DNA of 64,000 bases, taken from positions 640,001-704,000 of the forward strand of contig CAVRVY010000001.1 in the NCBI GenBank assembly GCA_963724765.1, written 5' to 3'. The DNA is from an uncultured delta proteobacterium (GTDB lineage: Bacteria; Desulfobacterota; Binatia; Binatales; Binataceae). Below are positions 53,087-63,230 of the stretch, one piece after another. Within the stretch, counting starts at the first letter, position 1. Each line of letters opens with the position of its first letter. Made by a program: the position numbers and the translations under genes. The notes beneath the pieces were generated by a model. It searched no databases. It saw nothing but the letters and a program-made list of their open reading frames with translations, and was not told the DNA's origin.

Positions 53087-53683
53087 ATGCAATTGGAAAG
53101 TAGCGCGATCGCGGCCATCATGATCCCTGATGCCTTGACCCCAGGGCAGTATTACGACGGCATGCGCGCGGACGATTCCCTCGGCCGCCCGATCAAACGT
53201 TTAATGCTGGCGGTGCTGGAAGACGCGATGCGTTGCTATCAGAACTACACCAGCTCGCGCAGCCGCGCCCAGCGCCGCCTGTTCGTCGAGGCCGAGGCAT
53301 GGCTCATGGATCGCAAAGCCGACGGTGCTTTTGCCTTCGAAACCGTCTGCGAGAACCTCGGAATCGATCCCAGTTGCCTGCGCGAGGGCTTGCGCCGGTG
53401 GCGCGCGCAGCAACTCGATGGCAAGAATCCGTTCCGCCTGGCGCGCCGATCGCCGGTGACCCGCGTCGGCCGGATAAGCGCGCCGCTTAAGCGCCGTAAG
53501 CGCAAGCTTGACGGCGGCATCGCGGTCGCGATCAATGGCCATGGCCTTGCCCATCACGTCAACACCGTTGCGCATGAGATCGTCGCCTACGACGGCGAAA
53601 TGGAAAACGTCAACGGCGCCGCGTCGGGCGCCGACGTGAACGTTCCAGCGCCGATCGAGATCCAGGAAGTCGCTCTGGCCTAA
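53087..53683 (+). CDS. conserved hypothetical protein
   Basis: KRLMLAVLEDA..C, EAEAW, FAFETVCENLGIDP..LR motif. Confidence 0.8.
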   Translation: MQLESSAIAAIMIPDALTPGQYYDGMRADDSLGRPIKRLMLAVLEDAMRCYQNYTSSRSRAQRRLFVEAEAWLMDRKADGAFAFETVCENLGIDPSCLREGLRRWRAQQLDGKNPFRLARRSPVTRVGRISAPLKRRKRKLDGGIAVAINGHGLAHHVNTVAHEIVAYDGEMENVNGAASGADVNVPAPIEIQEVALA

Positions 53684-53795
53684 GCGGCCTCGCGGGAAAT
53701 CCGAAACAAACAAATTTGCTCGCCTGCTCCCTGGGGAGAGCGTTGCAATACTGTGATCGGATAGTTACCTACGCAACGCTGGTCGGCGAAGCCGC

Positions 53796-54791
53796 TTATC
53801 GGGCCTGCCACAAGATGCGCCCGCTCTGTTCGACGCGGCGCGCGCGCCCTTCGACGCGCGAGTACTCCAGGTGCGCGAGGGTCTCGAACGTCGCCGCCAT
53901 CACGTGGAAAATCGGCCGGTCCTCGTCGCCGAAGATTTCCTGCGCCACCTCAAAGGCGGTGTGCGGCGTGCGCTTGATCAGGTCGAGCATCTCGGCCTCG
54001 CGATAGCGATGATGTTCGATGAGTTGGTTGGCGCGATGGCGATGGTCCTGGTAGACGGCGCCGTGAGCGGGCAGCACCAGTTCGACCTCAAAGTTCTGTA
54101 CCTTGAGTTGCGAGTCGATGAAGTCGCTCAGCGGATTGGTCGGGCCCGAGGGATAGATGCCGACGTGCGGGGTGATGCGCGGCAGCAGATGGTCGCCGAC
54201 GATCATCACCTTCTCCTTGCGCAGGTAAATCACGCTATGCCCGGGCGCGTGGCCCGGCGTCCAGATGATCTCGAAGCGCCGCTCGCCCACGGCGATCACG
54301 TCGCCGTCATGCAGGAACTCGTCGGGCTGCGGCACCGGGTTGTACTGCTCGGTGCCCATCCACGCCGGCCGCATTCCTTCCAACGGATAGCGATCGATCG
54401 GAAATCCGTGGCCGGTGAAAAACGCGTGTACCGCAGGATCGGCCGACGGCGTCGCCATCAGGTTAAGCATCCGGTTGACCCGCTCGACTTCGAGGTCGTG
54501 CAGGTAGGTGCGGGCGTGGCTCAGCCCCTTGATCGTTGCCGAGGCGCCGAAATGGTCGACGTGATGATGGGTGCCGAGCAAAACCGTGAGGTCTTCCACT
54601 CTGGTCCCTGCCTGCGCAAAGGCGTCCTTCAGCGTGGCCACGCTGTCGGCCGTGTTCATGCCGGTATCGACCAGCACCCATTGGCCGCCGCCGCAATCAA
54701 TCAGGTAGACGTTGACGATCGTCGGCCGCATCGGCAGCGGCAGAAAGAGTTCGTAGATCCCGCGCTGTACTTCTGAGATCTTGGCTGGCAT
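53796..54791 (-). CDS. MBL-fold metallo-hydrolase
   Basis: VDTG, THHHVDHFG, TPGHAPGH, GDH, PAHG. Confidence 0.92.
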   Translation of the reverse strand: MPAKISEVQRGIYELFLPLPMRPTIVNVYLIDCGGGQWVLVDTGMNTADSVATLKDAFAQAGTRVEDLTVLLGTHHHVDHFGASATIKGLSHARTYLHDLEVERVNRMLNLMATPSADPAVHAFFTGHGFPIDRYPLEGMRPAWMGTEQYNPVPQPDEFLHDGDVIAVGERRFEIIWTPGHAPGHSVIYLRKEKVMIVGDHLLPRITPHVGIYPSGPTNPLSDFIDSQLKVQNFEVELVLPAHGAVYQDHRHRANQLIEHHRYREAEMLDLIKRTPHTAFEVAQEIFGDEDRPIFHVMAATFETLAHLEYSRVEGRARRVEQSGRILWQAR

Positions 54792-54942
54792 CGCTTCAGG
54801 TCTTCAGGGCGGCCCTTGCGCGTGGCCGCGTGAATTGTCGGCCCGCTGCCGCCCGGCCAGAGCCCGGCGCCTTAATCTATTCCTTTCCGATCTTGCGCGC
54901 CGGCAAAATGACCGATCGCGGAACCGGAGGCGCTCGGGCGGG

Positions 54943-55155
54943 TTACTCGTGGAGCTGATCCTTTACCTGGAAGGTAAGCTTAACCGTCACCTTCCAGCGT
55001 GTCACCTTGTTGTGCTCGACCTCGGCCGCGATGTTGGTTACCTGGGCCGTGTGCACGCCGGAGATCGTCACCGCGGCGCGCGCGACCGCCAGGTCCACCG
55101 CGTGCTCGATCGACTCGGTCGAACTGCCGGTGAGCTCGATTGTCTTTTCAACCAT
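54943..55155 (-). CDS. dodecin-family flavin-binding protein
   Basis: K.IELTGSSTESIE.AV..AV.RA; W.VTVKLTF. Confidence 0.9.
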   Translation of the reverse strand: MVEKTIELTGSSTESIEHAVDLAVARAAVTISGVHTAQVTNIAAEVEHNKVTRWKVTVKLTFQVKDQLHE

Positions 55156-55279
55156 GGAGGTCCTCGCTCCTTGAGCGCCGCGGCACTGCCATTTGACGCG
55201 CCCGCACGCGCGGCGTTAGGGTTGAGCCCTGCGCGACTCATTACGTCACACAGGGAACCCAAAGACAAGGCGGACATTC

Positions 55280-57415
55280 ATGAGCTACGATCGTTCGGCG
55301 GTACGGGCAGTAATCGAGGCGGCAAGAGGGGACGGGCGAAACGCGCTTTCGCCGGCCGAATGCAGGACGCTATGCGAAGCTTGCGCCATCGTGCTGCCCA
55401 TGACGGCCACGGCATCGTCCGCCGCCGAGGCCGGCCGCGCCGCCGGCGCGCTCGGCTTTCCGGTGGTGATGAAAATCGTCTCACCCGACATCCTGCACAA
55501 GACCGAAGCTGGAGGTGTCGTACTCAACGTGCGGAGCGCGGCCGAAGCCGAGCGGGCCTATGAAAAGATCGTCGCCGGCGCGCGCGCTTACAAGCCTGAG
55601 GCCAAGATCGCCGGAGTCGAAATCCAGCAGATGCTCTCCGGCGGCCAGGAGGTGATCGTCGGCGCCACGGCCGATCCAAGCTTCGGCAAGGTAGTGGCCT
55701 TCGGGCTGGGCGGCGTGCTGGTCGAAGTGCTCAAGGACATCACGTTTCGCCTGGCGCCGGCGAGCCGCGACGAGGCGCTCTCGATGATAAACGGGATCGC
55801 GGCGGCCGAGATCCTTAACGGCGTGCGCGGCGCAGCCGCAGTCGACAAGCGCGCGCTCGCCGCGATCATCGAGACCGTGTCGATTCTCGCCGCCGACTTT
55901 CCGGAAATTACCGAACTCGACCTCAACCCGGTGCTGGCGCGGCCCGACGGCGCGGTGGCGCTGGACGTGCGCGTGCTGCTCGACTTCGCGCCGCCCGCCG
56001 AGCGCTTCAGGCCCTCGCGCGAGGAAATCCTGCGCGCGATGAACCGGATCATGCGCCCGCAGGCGATCGCGGTGATCGGCGCGTCGGCCGAAGACGGCAA
56101 GATCGGCAACTCGGTGATGAAGAACCTCATCAACGGCGGTTTCGAGGGCAAAATTTATCCGATTCATCCCAAGCTGCCGGAAGTGATGGGGTGCAAGGCT
56201 TATCGCAGCGTGAAAGAGGTGGCCGGCGCGATCGACGTCGCGGTGTTTGCGATTCCGGCGCCGCTAGTCGCGGGCGCGCTCAAGGAGTGCGGCGAGAAAA
56301 AAATTCCCGGCGCGGTGCTGATCCCCTCGGGCTTCGCCGAGACCGGCAACGTCGAGCTGCAGAACGAGATCGTCAAAATCGGACGCCAATACAACGTGCG
56401 CCTGATGGGCCCGAACATCTACGGCTTCTACTACCTGCCGCGCAGGCTGTGCGCGACCTTCTGCACGCCCTACGACGTGCTGGGCAAGGCGGCGCTCTCC
56501 TCGCAAAGCGGCGGCGTCGGGATGGCGATCGTCGGGTTTAGCCGCTCGACCCGGATGGGCGTCTCGGCGATCGTCGGCCTGGGCAACAAGTCCGACCTCG
56601 ACGAGGACGACCTGCTGACTTTTTTCGAGCAGGACGACGACACCCAGGTGATCGCGATGCACGTCGAGGACTTAAAGGACGGCCGCTCGTTCGCCGAAGT
56701 CGCCAAACGCGTGTCGCGCAAAAAGCCGGTGATCGTGCTCAAGGCCGGCCGCACCGCGCTCGGCGCGCGCGCCGCGCGCTCGCACACCGCGGCGCTGGCC
56801 GGCAACGATCGTATCTACGAGGACGTGCTGCGCCAGTCCGGCGTGGTGCGCGCCCGCGCGCTCAACGACATGCTCGAGTTCGCACGATGCCTGCCGATCA
56901 TGGCGGCGCCCAAGGGCGAGAACGTGCTGATCATCACGGGCGCCGGCGGCTCCGGCGTGCTGCTCTCGGATGCCTGCGTCGATAATGGCCTCAAGCTGAT
57001 GGAGATGCCGCCCGACCTCGACGCGGCCTTTCGCAAGTTCATCCCGCCCTTCGGCGCGGCCGGCAACCCGGTCGACATCACCGGCGGCGAGCCTCCCGCA
57101 ACTTACCGCAATACGCTTCGCTTGGGGTTGGAGGAGCCGCGCATCCACGCGCTCATCCTCGGCTACTGGCACACCATCATCACGCCGCCGCTGGTATTCG
57201 CAAAACTTGTGACCGAAGTAGTCGAGGAGATGCGCGCCAAGGGAATCGACAAGCCGATCGTGGCCTCGCTGGTCGGCGACGTCGAGGTCGAACAGGCGTG
57301 CCGCGTGCTGTTCGAGCACAATATCCCTGCGTATCCGTACACGACCGAGAAGCCGGTGATGGTGCTGGGGGCGAAGTATCAATGGGCGCGCTCCGCGGGT
57401 CTGGTCGGGAGCTGA
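55280..57415 (+). CDS. acetate-CoA ligase family (ADP-forming acyl-CoA synthetase), ATP-grasp domain first
   Basis: MKIVSPDILHKTEAGGV, ELDLNP; IGAS..GKIG, GPN, SQSG, SHTAALAG, NPVD. Confidence 0.92.
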   Translation: MSYDRSAVRAVIEAARGDGRNALSPAECRTLCEACAIVLPMTATASSAAEAGRAAGALGFPVVMKIVSPDILHKTEAGGVVLNVRSAAEAERAYEKIVAGARAYKPEAKIAGVEIQQMLSGGQEVIVGATADPSFGKVVAFGLGGVLVEVLKDITFRLAPASRDEALSMINGIAAAEILNGVRGAAAVDKRALAAIIETVSILAADFPEITELDLNPVLARPDGAVALDVRVLLDFAPPAERFRPSREEILRAMNRIMRPQAIAVIGASAEDGKIGNSVMKNLINGGFEGKIYPIHPKLPEVMGCKAYRSVKEVAGAIDVAVFAIPAPLVAGALKECGEKKIPGAVLIPSGFAETGNVELQNEIVKIGRQYNVRLMGPNIYGFYYLPRRLCATFCTPYDVLGKAALSSQSGGVGMAIVGFSRSTRMGVSAIVGLGNKSDLDEDDLLTFFEQDDDTQVIAMHVEDLKDGRSFAEVAKRVSRKKPVIVLKAGRTALGARAARSHTAALAGNDRIYEDVLRQSGVVRARALNDMLEFARCLPIMAAPKGENVLIITGAGGSGVLLSDACVDNGLKLMEMPPDLDAAFRKFIPPFGAAGNPVDITGGEPPATYRNTLRLGLEEPRIHALILGYWHTIITPPLVFAKLVTEVVEEMRAKGIDKPIVASLVGDVEVEQACRVLFEHNIPAYPYTTEKPVMVLGAKYQWARSAGLVGS

Positions 57416-57535
57416 TCGCGACGGACCTGGCCGCTGTGCGGAACGAACAAAGGTGATTGACGCAATCCGGTATGGAAGATAATTTCTGCCCAATTTGAAA
57501 CGGGACGCGTGTCATGACTCCGGGGAGGTCAGGCG

Positions 57536-58708
57536 ATGCGTTGGATTGGGGGAAAGGAGTTCTCGCGGCGAACCCGCCTCGGAATCTGGTTTTTCGCACG
57601 AAGAAGTTGGCGAGCAGTGGCGGCCGTCGCTGTCATGTGGACGGCCGTCGCGATGCTCGTGGTGCAGCCGGCCGAGGCGCTGCCGGTCTGCCATCACAGC
57701 TTCAGCACCTGCTGTGAGATCACGAGCGGCGGGACTTATTCGCTCACGAGCAGTATTTCCACCAGTGCCAGCACGGACTGTATCGTCGTCAATGCCGCCA
57801 GCGTCTCGCTCTATCTGGACGGGAATAACGTGCAGTCGTCGGCGAATTCCGGCATTGGAGTGCACGTGATGCCAACCGCCTCCGCGGTGGTTGTAGTCGG
57901 CGGCGGGCTCTTGTCGTCTATCGTGTCAGGTTTCGCCACGGGACTCGAGAACGATGCGCCCGGCACGCTGGTCTACGACTTTGCGACCGAAAACAACCAT
58001 CTGGGGATCGTCAACAGCGGGGCCAACGCGATTTTCCTGTTAGTCGGCGCGCAGAGTAACACGGGCAATGGCATCGTGATCAGCAATGGTACCGGCGTCC
58101 GCCTCAACAATTTCGAAACGGACAGCAACACCGGCAACGGGGTCGTGCTGTACAACGCAAGTGGCGCAGTGCTGTCGGCGTTTGATGCCAGCAGCAACTT
58201 CGCCGGGGTCAAAATTTACGGGGGCGGCTCGAACACGCTCGCTTCCTTTACCAGCGACAACAACCGGGCGAGCGGCGTCTGGATCGACGGCGGTGGGGAA
58301 AACACCGTCACCGCCTTTGACTCCAGCAACAATTCCGAAGGCGCGGGAATCCAGATATACGCGAGCGACCACAACAGTATCAGTGGTTATGCCGGGCTCG
58401 GCAGTCCGTTCACCGCGAACGGCAACGGGCGGAGCGGAGTTTATATTGGATGCTCGGCGAGCGCCACGCCGAGCAGTGTGACGTGCGCGTCAATGGGGCT
58501 CCCGCCAAGCAACGGCAACAGCGTCCTGGACGGTGAGGTCGGCAACAACAGCTCTGCGGGGGTTGGCATCGATAAGGGCAACGGCGGGAATAAGATCGTG
58601 TCCGTCAGCAGCTCGGGCAACCATCCCGACGACTCCGTGGACGACAACCCGACCTGCGTGAACGTCTTCCTCAACGACAGTTTCACAACCTCCACCGGCC
58701 CCTGCTGA
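57536..58708 (+). CDS. exported right-handed parallel beta-helix repeat protein
   Basis: signal peptide ending AEA; repeated SN.G.G(V/I) units. Confidence 0.82.
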   Translation: MRWIGGKEFSRRTRLGIWFFARRSWRAVAAVAVMWTAVAMLVVQPAEALPVCHHSFSTCCEITSGGTYSLTSSISTSASTDCIVVNAASVSLYLDGNNVQSSANSGIGVHVMPTASAVVVVGGGLLSSIVSGFATGLENDAPGTLVYDFATENNHLGIVNSGANAIFLLVGAQSNTGNGIVISNGTGVRLNNFETDSNTGNGVVLYNASGAVLSAFDASSNFAGVKIYGGGSNTLASFTSDNNRASGVWIDGGGENTVTAFDSSNNSEGAGIQIYASDHNSISGYAGLGSPFTANGNGRSGVYIGCSASATPSSVTCASMGLPPSNGNSVLDGEVGNNSSAGVGIDKGNGGNKIVSVSSSGNHPDDSVDDNPTCVNVFLNDSFTTSTGPC

Positions 58709-58756
58709 GCCGCGGGCACCACCGGGCAAGGCGATCGTGGTCTCGCGCCGACGTGT

Positions 58757-59158
58757 CTACTTTTCTTTCTTCTCGAACTTCAGCGACGCCGAATTCATGC
58801 AATAGCGCAGTCCCGTCGGGTTCGGGCCGTCGTCGAAGACGTGTCCCAGATGCGCGCCGCAGCGGCTGCACGTCACCTCCGTCCGCACCATCCCGTAACT
58901 CTCGTCCACCGCGTTTTCGACCTTGCTCTCGTCCTTGGGAGCATAGAAGCTCGGCCATCCGCATCCCGAATCGAATTTGGTCTCGGAGTTGAACAGTTCG
59001 TTGCCGCAACAGACACAGAGATAAATGCCCTGGTCATGAAAATCCCAGTATTGACCGGTAAATGCGCGCTCGGTGCCTTTCTTGCGCGTGACCTCGAACT
59101 GCTCGGAGGTTAGGAGCTTTTTCCACTCCTCATCGGTTTTGACGATCTTCTCGGCCAT
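58757..59158 (-). CDS. msrB: peptide-methionine (R)-S-oxide reductase
   Basis: [33 protein letters not shown]. Confidence 0.97.
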   Translation of the reverse strand: MAEKIVKTDEEWKKLLTSEQFEVTRKKGTERAFTGQYWDFHDQGIYLCVCCGNELFNSETKFDSGCGWPSFYAPKDESKVENAVDESYGMVRTEVTCSRCGAHLGHVFDDGPNPTGLRYCMNSASLKFEKKEK

Positions 59159-59297
59159 ATGCTTTTACCTCCACGGCGATGAAGCCCACACGCCAATTCC
59201 AGCACATCGCTGCGCCGTGCGTAAGTGAAAGCGAAAAGGCAAAAAGAAGCCGCGAGTTTCCGCCCGCGGCCGTTTGCAATCCCTGGCAGTCGAAAAA

Positions 59298-59765
59298 TCA
59301 GTGCAACGCCGGCTGCGCGGGAGGCGTGGTAAGAGGCGCCAGCGGCGGAGGCACCGCGACCGGACCGACCGGCGTGCGTTCGATGTAAGTCGGGGGCGCG
59401 GAACCCTCGACCGCCGAACTTGACGAAGCCGTGTTGGCCGGCGGCACCGGCTCGATCGGCGCGACATTCGAGCCCGGGTTGTACATTTCGCTGTACTCGG
59501 TATCGCCGCTCAATACCGGCGCGAGCGCGGTCTTGGTCGCGAGGTAGTGCAGCGGGCGCGTCACGCCCCACTCCAGCGCGTAGCCAAGCGGCGCAAGGAT
59601 ATAGCTGAACACCTTGAGCGGCTGGCCGTCCTCGGTGTCGGTGTACTCTTGGGGATTCTGCTTATCGTTGTATGGGCCCTGCTGCGCGAGCGCCCTGGCG
59701 GTCATCGTCACCGCCGGGATTGTCATCGACAGGACCACGACCATGCAAAACATTAAACGCCGCAT
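59298..59765 (-). CDS. hypothetical exported protein with Pro-rich tail
   Basis: signal peptide; PLGYALEWGVTRP. Confidence 0.75.
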   Translation of the reverse strand: MRRLMFCMVVVLSMTIPAVTMTARALAQQGPYNDKQNPQEYTDTEDGQPLKVFSYILAPLGYALEWGVTRPLHYLATKTALAPVLSGDTEYSEMYNPGSNVAPIEPVPPANTASSSSAVEGSAPPTYIERTPVGPVAVPPPLAPLTTPPAQPALH

Positions 59766-59863
59766 AACAATAGTTTGTGTCCCACGTATGGTTTATGTCA
59801 ATGGTCGAAAGGCGCCGCCGGTCATCAGAGCTTTCGCCGCGCGCCCGCGATACCAGGCCTAAA

Positions 59864-60706
59864 ATGCGCAGCTACTCGGCGACGCCGACAACTCGCGCGC
59901 TCACTGCGACCGGCGGGTTCCTGGACGGCTTCAGTTACTCGCTCAACCCCTACGTTGGATGCGCCTTCGGCGATCGCGGCGGATGTCCATTCTGTTACGT
60001 GCGAGCGCTGCCGGTGGCGCGCGCGCAGGCGGGGCCGTGGGGCGCGTGGGTAATCGCGAAGTCCAATCTGCTCGAATTGCTCGCGCGCGAGCTTCGCGCG
60101 CTGGAACAATCGGGAAAGCTCGAGCGCGCGGCCGTCTTCATGTCGAGCGCGACCGATCCGTACCAGGGGATGGAGCGGCGGATGCGCCTGACGCGCGGCG
60201 CCTTGGAGTTGTTCGTGCGGCGGCCGCCGCGCCGCGTGCTGTTGCAGACCCGGAGCCCGATGATCGAGCGCGACCTCGATTTGCTCGTGCAGCTCGGCCC
60301 GCGGCTCATCGCCTCGATAACCGTCGAGACCGACGACGAGCAGGTGCGCCGCGCGGTCACGCCGACCTCGCCGTCAATTGCGCGGCGGCTGGCGGCGGCG
60401 CGCCGGCTGCGCGCAGCCGGCGTGTTCGTCCAGCTCGCGGTGGCGCCGATGATGCCCAATCATCCGGAGCGCCTGGCCGCGCTGGCTGACGGCGCAGCCG
60501 ACCGCGTCGTGGTCGATACGTACTTCGACGGCGACGGCTCGGGCGGCCGGCGCTCGCGAGCGCTTAAGATGGGCGAGCTGTATGCGCGGCTGGGCTACGA
60601 GGGATGGTTCCAGCCGGGCGCGGAGCGCGATTTGATGGCGGCGATGCGCGCGCGGCTGGGCGAGGAGCGGGTGCTGTTCAGCCGCGAGGGATTTAACGCG
60701 GTGTAG
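59864..60706 (+). CDS. radical SAM protein (spore photoproduct lyase-like family)
   Basis: SLNPYVGC.......C.FCY, MSSATDPYQ, QTRS. Confidence 0.85.
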   Translation: MRSYSATPTTRALTATGGFLDGFSYSLNPYVGCAFGDRGGCPFCYVRALPVARAQAGPWGAWVIAKSNLLELLARELRALEQSGKLERAAVFMSSATDPYQGMERRMRLTRGALELFVRRPPRRVLLQTRSPMIERDLDLLVQLGPRLIASITVETDDEQVRRAVTPTSPSIARRLAAARRLRAAGVFVQLAVAPMMPNHPERLAALADGAADRVVVDTYFDGDGSGGRRSRALKMGELYARLGYEGWFQPGAERDLMAAMRARLGEERVLFSREGFNAV

Positions 60707-60811
60707 GAACCCTTCGTTGCGGACATTACCCGGCGCGCGCCCACTTGTGGCATAAGGACGGGACCAACGAACGGAGTCAACGCTCCGCATCCGATTAGGG
60801 AGAGTGCGCCG

Positions 60812-61849
60812 ATGGACTTTGGAATCCTATTGCCGTTTCGAAACCCCGCGCAATGGAACCGGCCGATAACTGAAGTTTACGACCAGCATCTTGAGGAAGC
60901 CGTGCTGGCGGAAGAACTGGGATACGATCACGTCTGGACCACCGAGCATCATTTCTACGACGACGCCTGGTCGCCGTCGCTGTTGCCGATTCTCTCCGCC
61001 ATCGCCCAGCGCACCAGCCGCATCCGTTTGGGCACCTTCATCATCATCCTGCCCTTTCATCATCCGGTCCGCGTGGCCGAGGATGCTGCGACGGTCGATA
61101 TCCTCTCAAAGGGGCGATTGGACCTGGGCGTTGGCCAGGGCTACGTAGTCAGCGAGTTCGATAGCTTCCGTATTCCGCGCAGTCAGCGTGGCGGACGAGT
61201 CGAGGAGGGCGTGGAGCTGATCAGGCGCTGCTTCACCGAAGAGAATTTTTCTTTCGAGGGCAAGTACTACCAGATGAAAAACGTGAATCTGACGCCCAAG
61301 CCGGTGCAGAAGCCCTATCCGCCAATCTGGATCGCGGCGATGGCGGAAAAGTCGGTCTCACGCGTGGCACGCACGGGATATCATCTGGCCGGCAGTGGCG
61401 GAGTCGATCTCCAGAAGATGTACGATGCGGGACTGCGCAGCCACGGCCATGACGTCGCGAGCCATTACATCGCGCAACTGCGCGCGGTCTATGTGGCCGA
61501 GACGCGCGAGCAGGCGTGGGACGACGCTGAGGAGCATCTGTACTACATGATGACGGCGTACGACCGCCGCTTTAAGGAAGCCAACGATCTGCCGTGGAGC
61601 GAGGCGGTTTTCTCGCGCTCGGACGTTCCGCCGCCGGGCGAGATGCGCAACACGCCGGGCCTTAGTTTCTTTCAGGCGCCGCTCGCGGTTGGAACTCCCG
61701 ATGACGTGGTGCGGGATTTGCGCCGATACAGCGAGGCGGGCCGGGTGACGCATCTGGTGATGTGGATGCAGTTGCCCGGGATGCCGGCGCACAAGGCGCG
61801 CCGCTCGATGGAATTGTTTGCGAAAGAAGTGATGCCGCGACTGCGCTGA
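60812..61849 (+). CDS. LLM-class flavin-dependent oxidoreductase
   Basis: WTTEHHF, RLGT, HPVRVAEDAA, PKPVQKPYPPIW. Confidence 0.92.
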   Translation: MDFGILLPFRNPAQWNRPITEVYDQHLEEAVLAEELGYDHVWTTEHHFYDDAWSPSLLPILSAIAQRTSRIRLGTFIIILPFHHPVRVAEDAATVDILSKGRLDLGVGQGYVVSEFDSFRIPRSQRGGRVEEGVELIRRCFTEENFSFEGKYYQMKNVNLTPKPVQKPYPPIWIAAMAEKSVSRVARTGYHLAGSGGVDLQKMYDAGLRSHGHDVASHYIAQLRAVYVAETREQAWDDAEEHLYYMMTAYDRRFKEANDLPWSEAVFSRSDVPPPGEMRNTPGLSFFQAPLAVGTPDDVVRDLRRYSEAGRVTHLVMWMQLPGMPAHKARRSMELFAKEVMPRLR

Positions 61850-61905
61850 CGCAGGCGGTTACTGCGACGACGCGAGGCGACGCGTTCCTTGTGGTCTTGC
61901 GCCAG

Positions 61906-62154
61906 TCAGTGCTGCGGCGATGGGCTCTTGACCAGATGCACGATGCCGACCAGGACGATCGCGCCCACCGTCGCCATCGCCAAGTGCCCGAGTCCGCTGT
62001 AAACCGGAATATTGAGCGCGCCGAAGATCCAGTTGCCGATTACCGCGCCTACCAGGCCGAGCAGAATGTCGGCGAACATCCCATAACCCTTGCCGCGGAT
62101 TATCTTGCCCGCCAGCCATCCCGCGATTAATCCGATAATGATTGCGCCGATCAT
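61906..62154 (-). CDS. GlsB/YeaQ/YmgE family membrane protein
   Basis: IIGLIAGWLA...DILLGLVGAVIG...ATVGAIVL. Confidence 0.9.
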   Translation of the reverse strand: MIGAIIIGLIAGWLAGKIIRGKGYGMFADILLGLVGAVIGNWIFGALNIPVYSGLGHLAMATVGAIVLVGIVHLVKSPSPQH

Positions 62155-62326
62155 GCGATGGAGCCTCCTTGTGATGAAAGGTCTGTGTATGACGAAAACG
62201 CCGGAGCTCGCACCGGCCACGATCTATTCGAAGCCGCGAACGACCTGACCCGCAGCACCTTTCCTAAACGGAAAGGGAGTAAAGCTTTTTTGCTCCTCTC
62301 AGTTCGGTGCGCGTCGCCAATCACGC

Positions 62327-62968
62327 TCAGGCGGCCGTGTACTGGTCAACTGGAAACATCAGGCGACCGCGCAGGATCGGTACGCACGCAGGTGGAAAGT
62401 CCTGCACGATTTCGCCCCCCGCGTCGCGCAGGAGCCCGATGAAGCGCTCAAGATGGAGCATCGCGCCGGTCGGCAGGTCATGCAGCACGACCACGCTCCA
62501 CGACGTGGCGCAGCACTGCACGAGCGCCCGCTCGACCCATCCGTGGGGGTCCTCCCAATCGCGCGGGACGCAATTCCAGAGCACGCAGGTGAAGCCGCCG
62601 GCGCATAGGTAGTCGACCACCTTGCGATTGAGCAGGCCCGAATCGAGCGCGCCGCCGCCGCCGAAGGGGCGGAAGAGTCGGTCGGGATGCGCGAGCGCGC
62701 CGAGCATCCGCTGGGCGCGGCCGATTTCGTCCTCGGCGCCGTCGTGGTCTTCGCGCCGGCCGAACGGCTTCGTATGGGTCAGGCTGTGATTGCCGATCCA
62801 GTGGCCTTCGGCGTGAGCCCGCTCCGCACGCGCGCGGCGCTCGGGGTCGCCGAGCTTCTCTCCGATCACGAAGAAGGTCGAGCGCACATCCGCGGCGCCG
62901 AGCACGTCGAGGACCTGGGCGGTCACTTCGGGCTCGGGTCCGTTGTCGAAGCTGAGCGTGATTTTCAC
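62327..62968 (-). CDS. polysaccharide deacetylase family protein
   Basis: LSFDNGP, GNHSLTH, LFRP, DW, VLHD. Confidence 0.85.
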   Translation of the reverse strand: MKITLSFDNGPEPEVTAQVLDVLGAADVRSTFFVIGEKLGDPERRARAERAHAEGHWIGNHSLTHTKPFGRREDHDGAEDEIGRAQRMLGALAHPDRLFRPFGGGGALDSGLLNRKVVDYLCAGGFTCVLWNCVPRDWEDPHGWVERALVQCCATSWSVVVLHDLPTGAMLHLERFIGLLRDAGGEIVQDFPPACVPILRGRLMFPVDQYTAA

Positions 62969-63063
62969 TTCACTTCGACCATCCTTGACGCCGGTTCCGC
63001 CGGGCGTCACGCCCCCCCGGCATCGCGCGGCTCGTGTTTGGCGCTCGGCGGCGCTCGCCCCGT

Positions 63064-63183
63064 CTACTTCTTTTGTTCCATCGGGGCGCCGCAGCACTTG
63101 AGCGCGCCCGCGCCGCCCTTGGTGACGATTACCTGCGAGCCGCACTTGCCGCAGATGTAAACTTTTCCGAGCTGATTAGCCAT
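63064..63183 (-). CDS. desulforedoxin-like small iron protein (39 aa, absent from ORF track)
   Basis: MANQLGKVYICGKCGSQVIVTKGGAGALKCCGAPMEQKK*: CxxC-x15-CC. Confidence 0.85.
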   Translation of the reverse strand: MANQLGKVYICGKCGSQVIVTKGGAGALKCCGAPMEQKK

Positions 63184-63230
63184 CGTTGTTGGTTGCTCCG
63201 TTAAGTTGATGTGATGCGCCGCGCACAGCC

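Noticed and set aside
55280-57415. Reversed domain order of the acyl-CoA synthetase as a novelty
   Set aside because: ATP-grasp-first fusions are an established arrangement in this superfamily.
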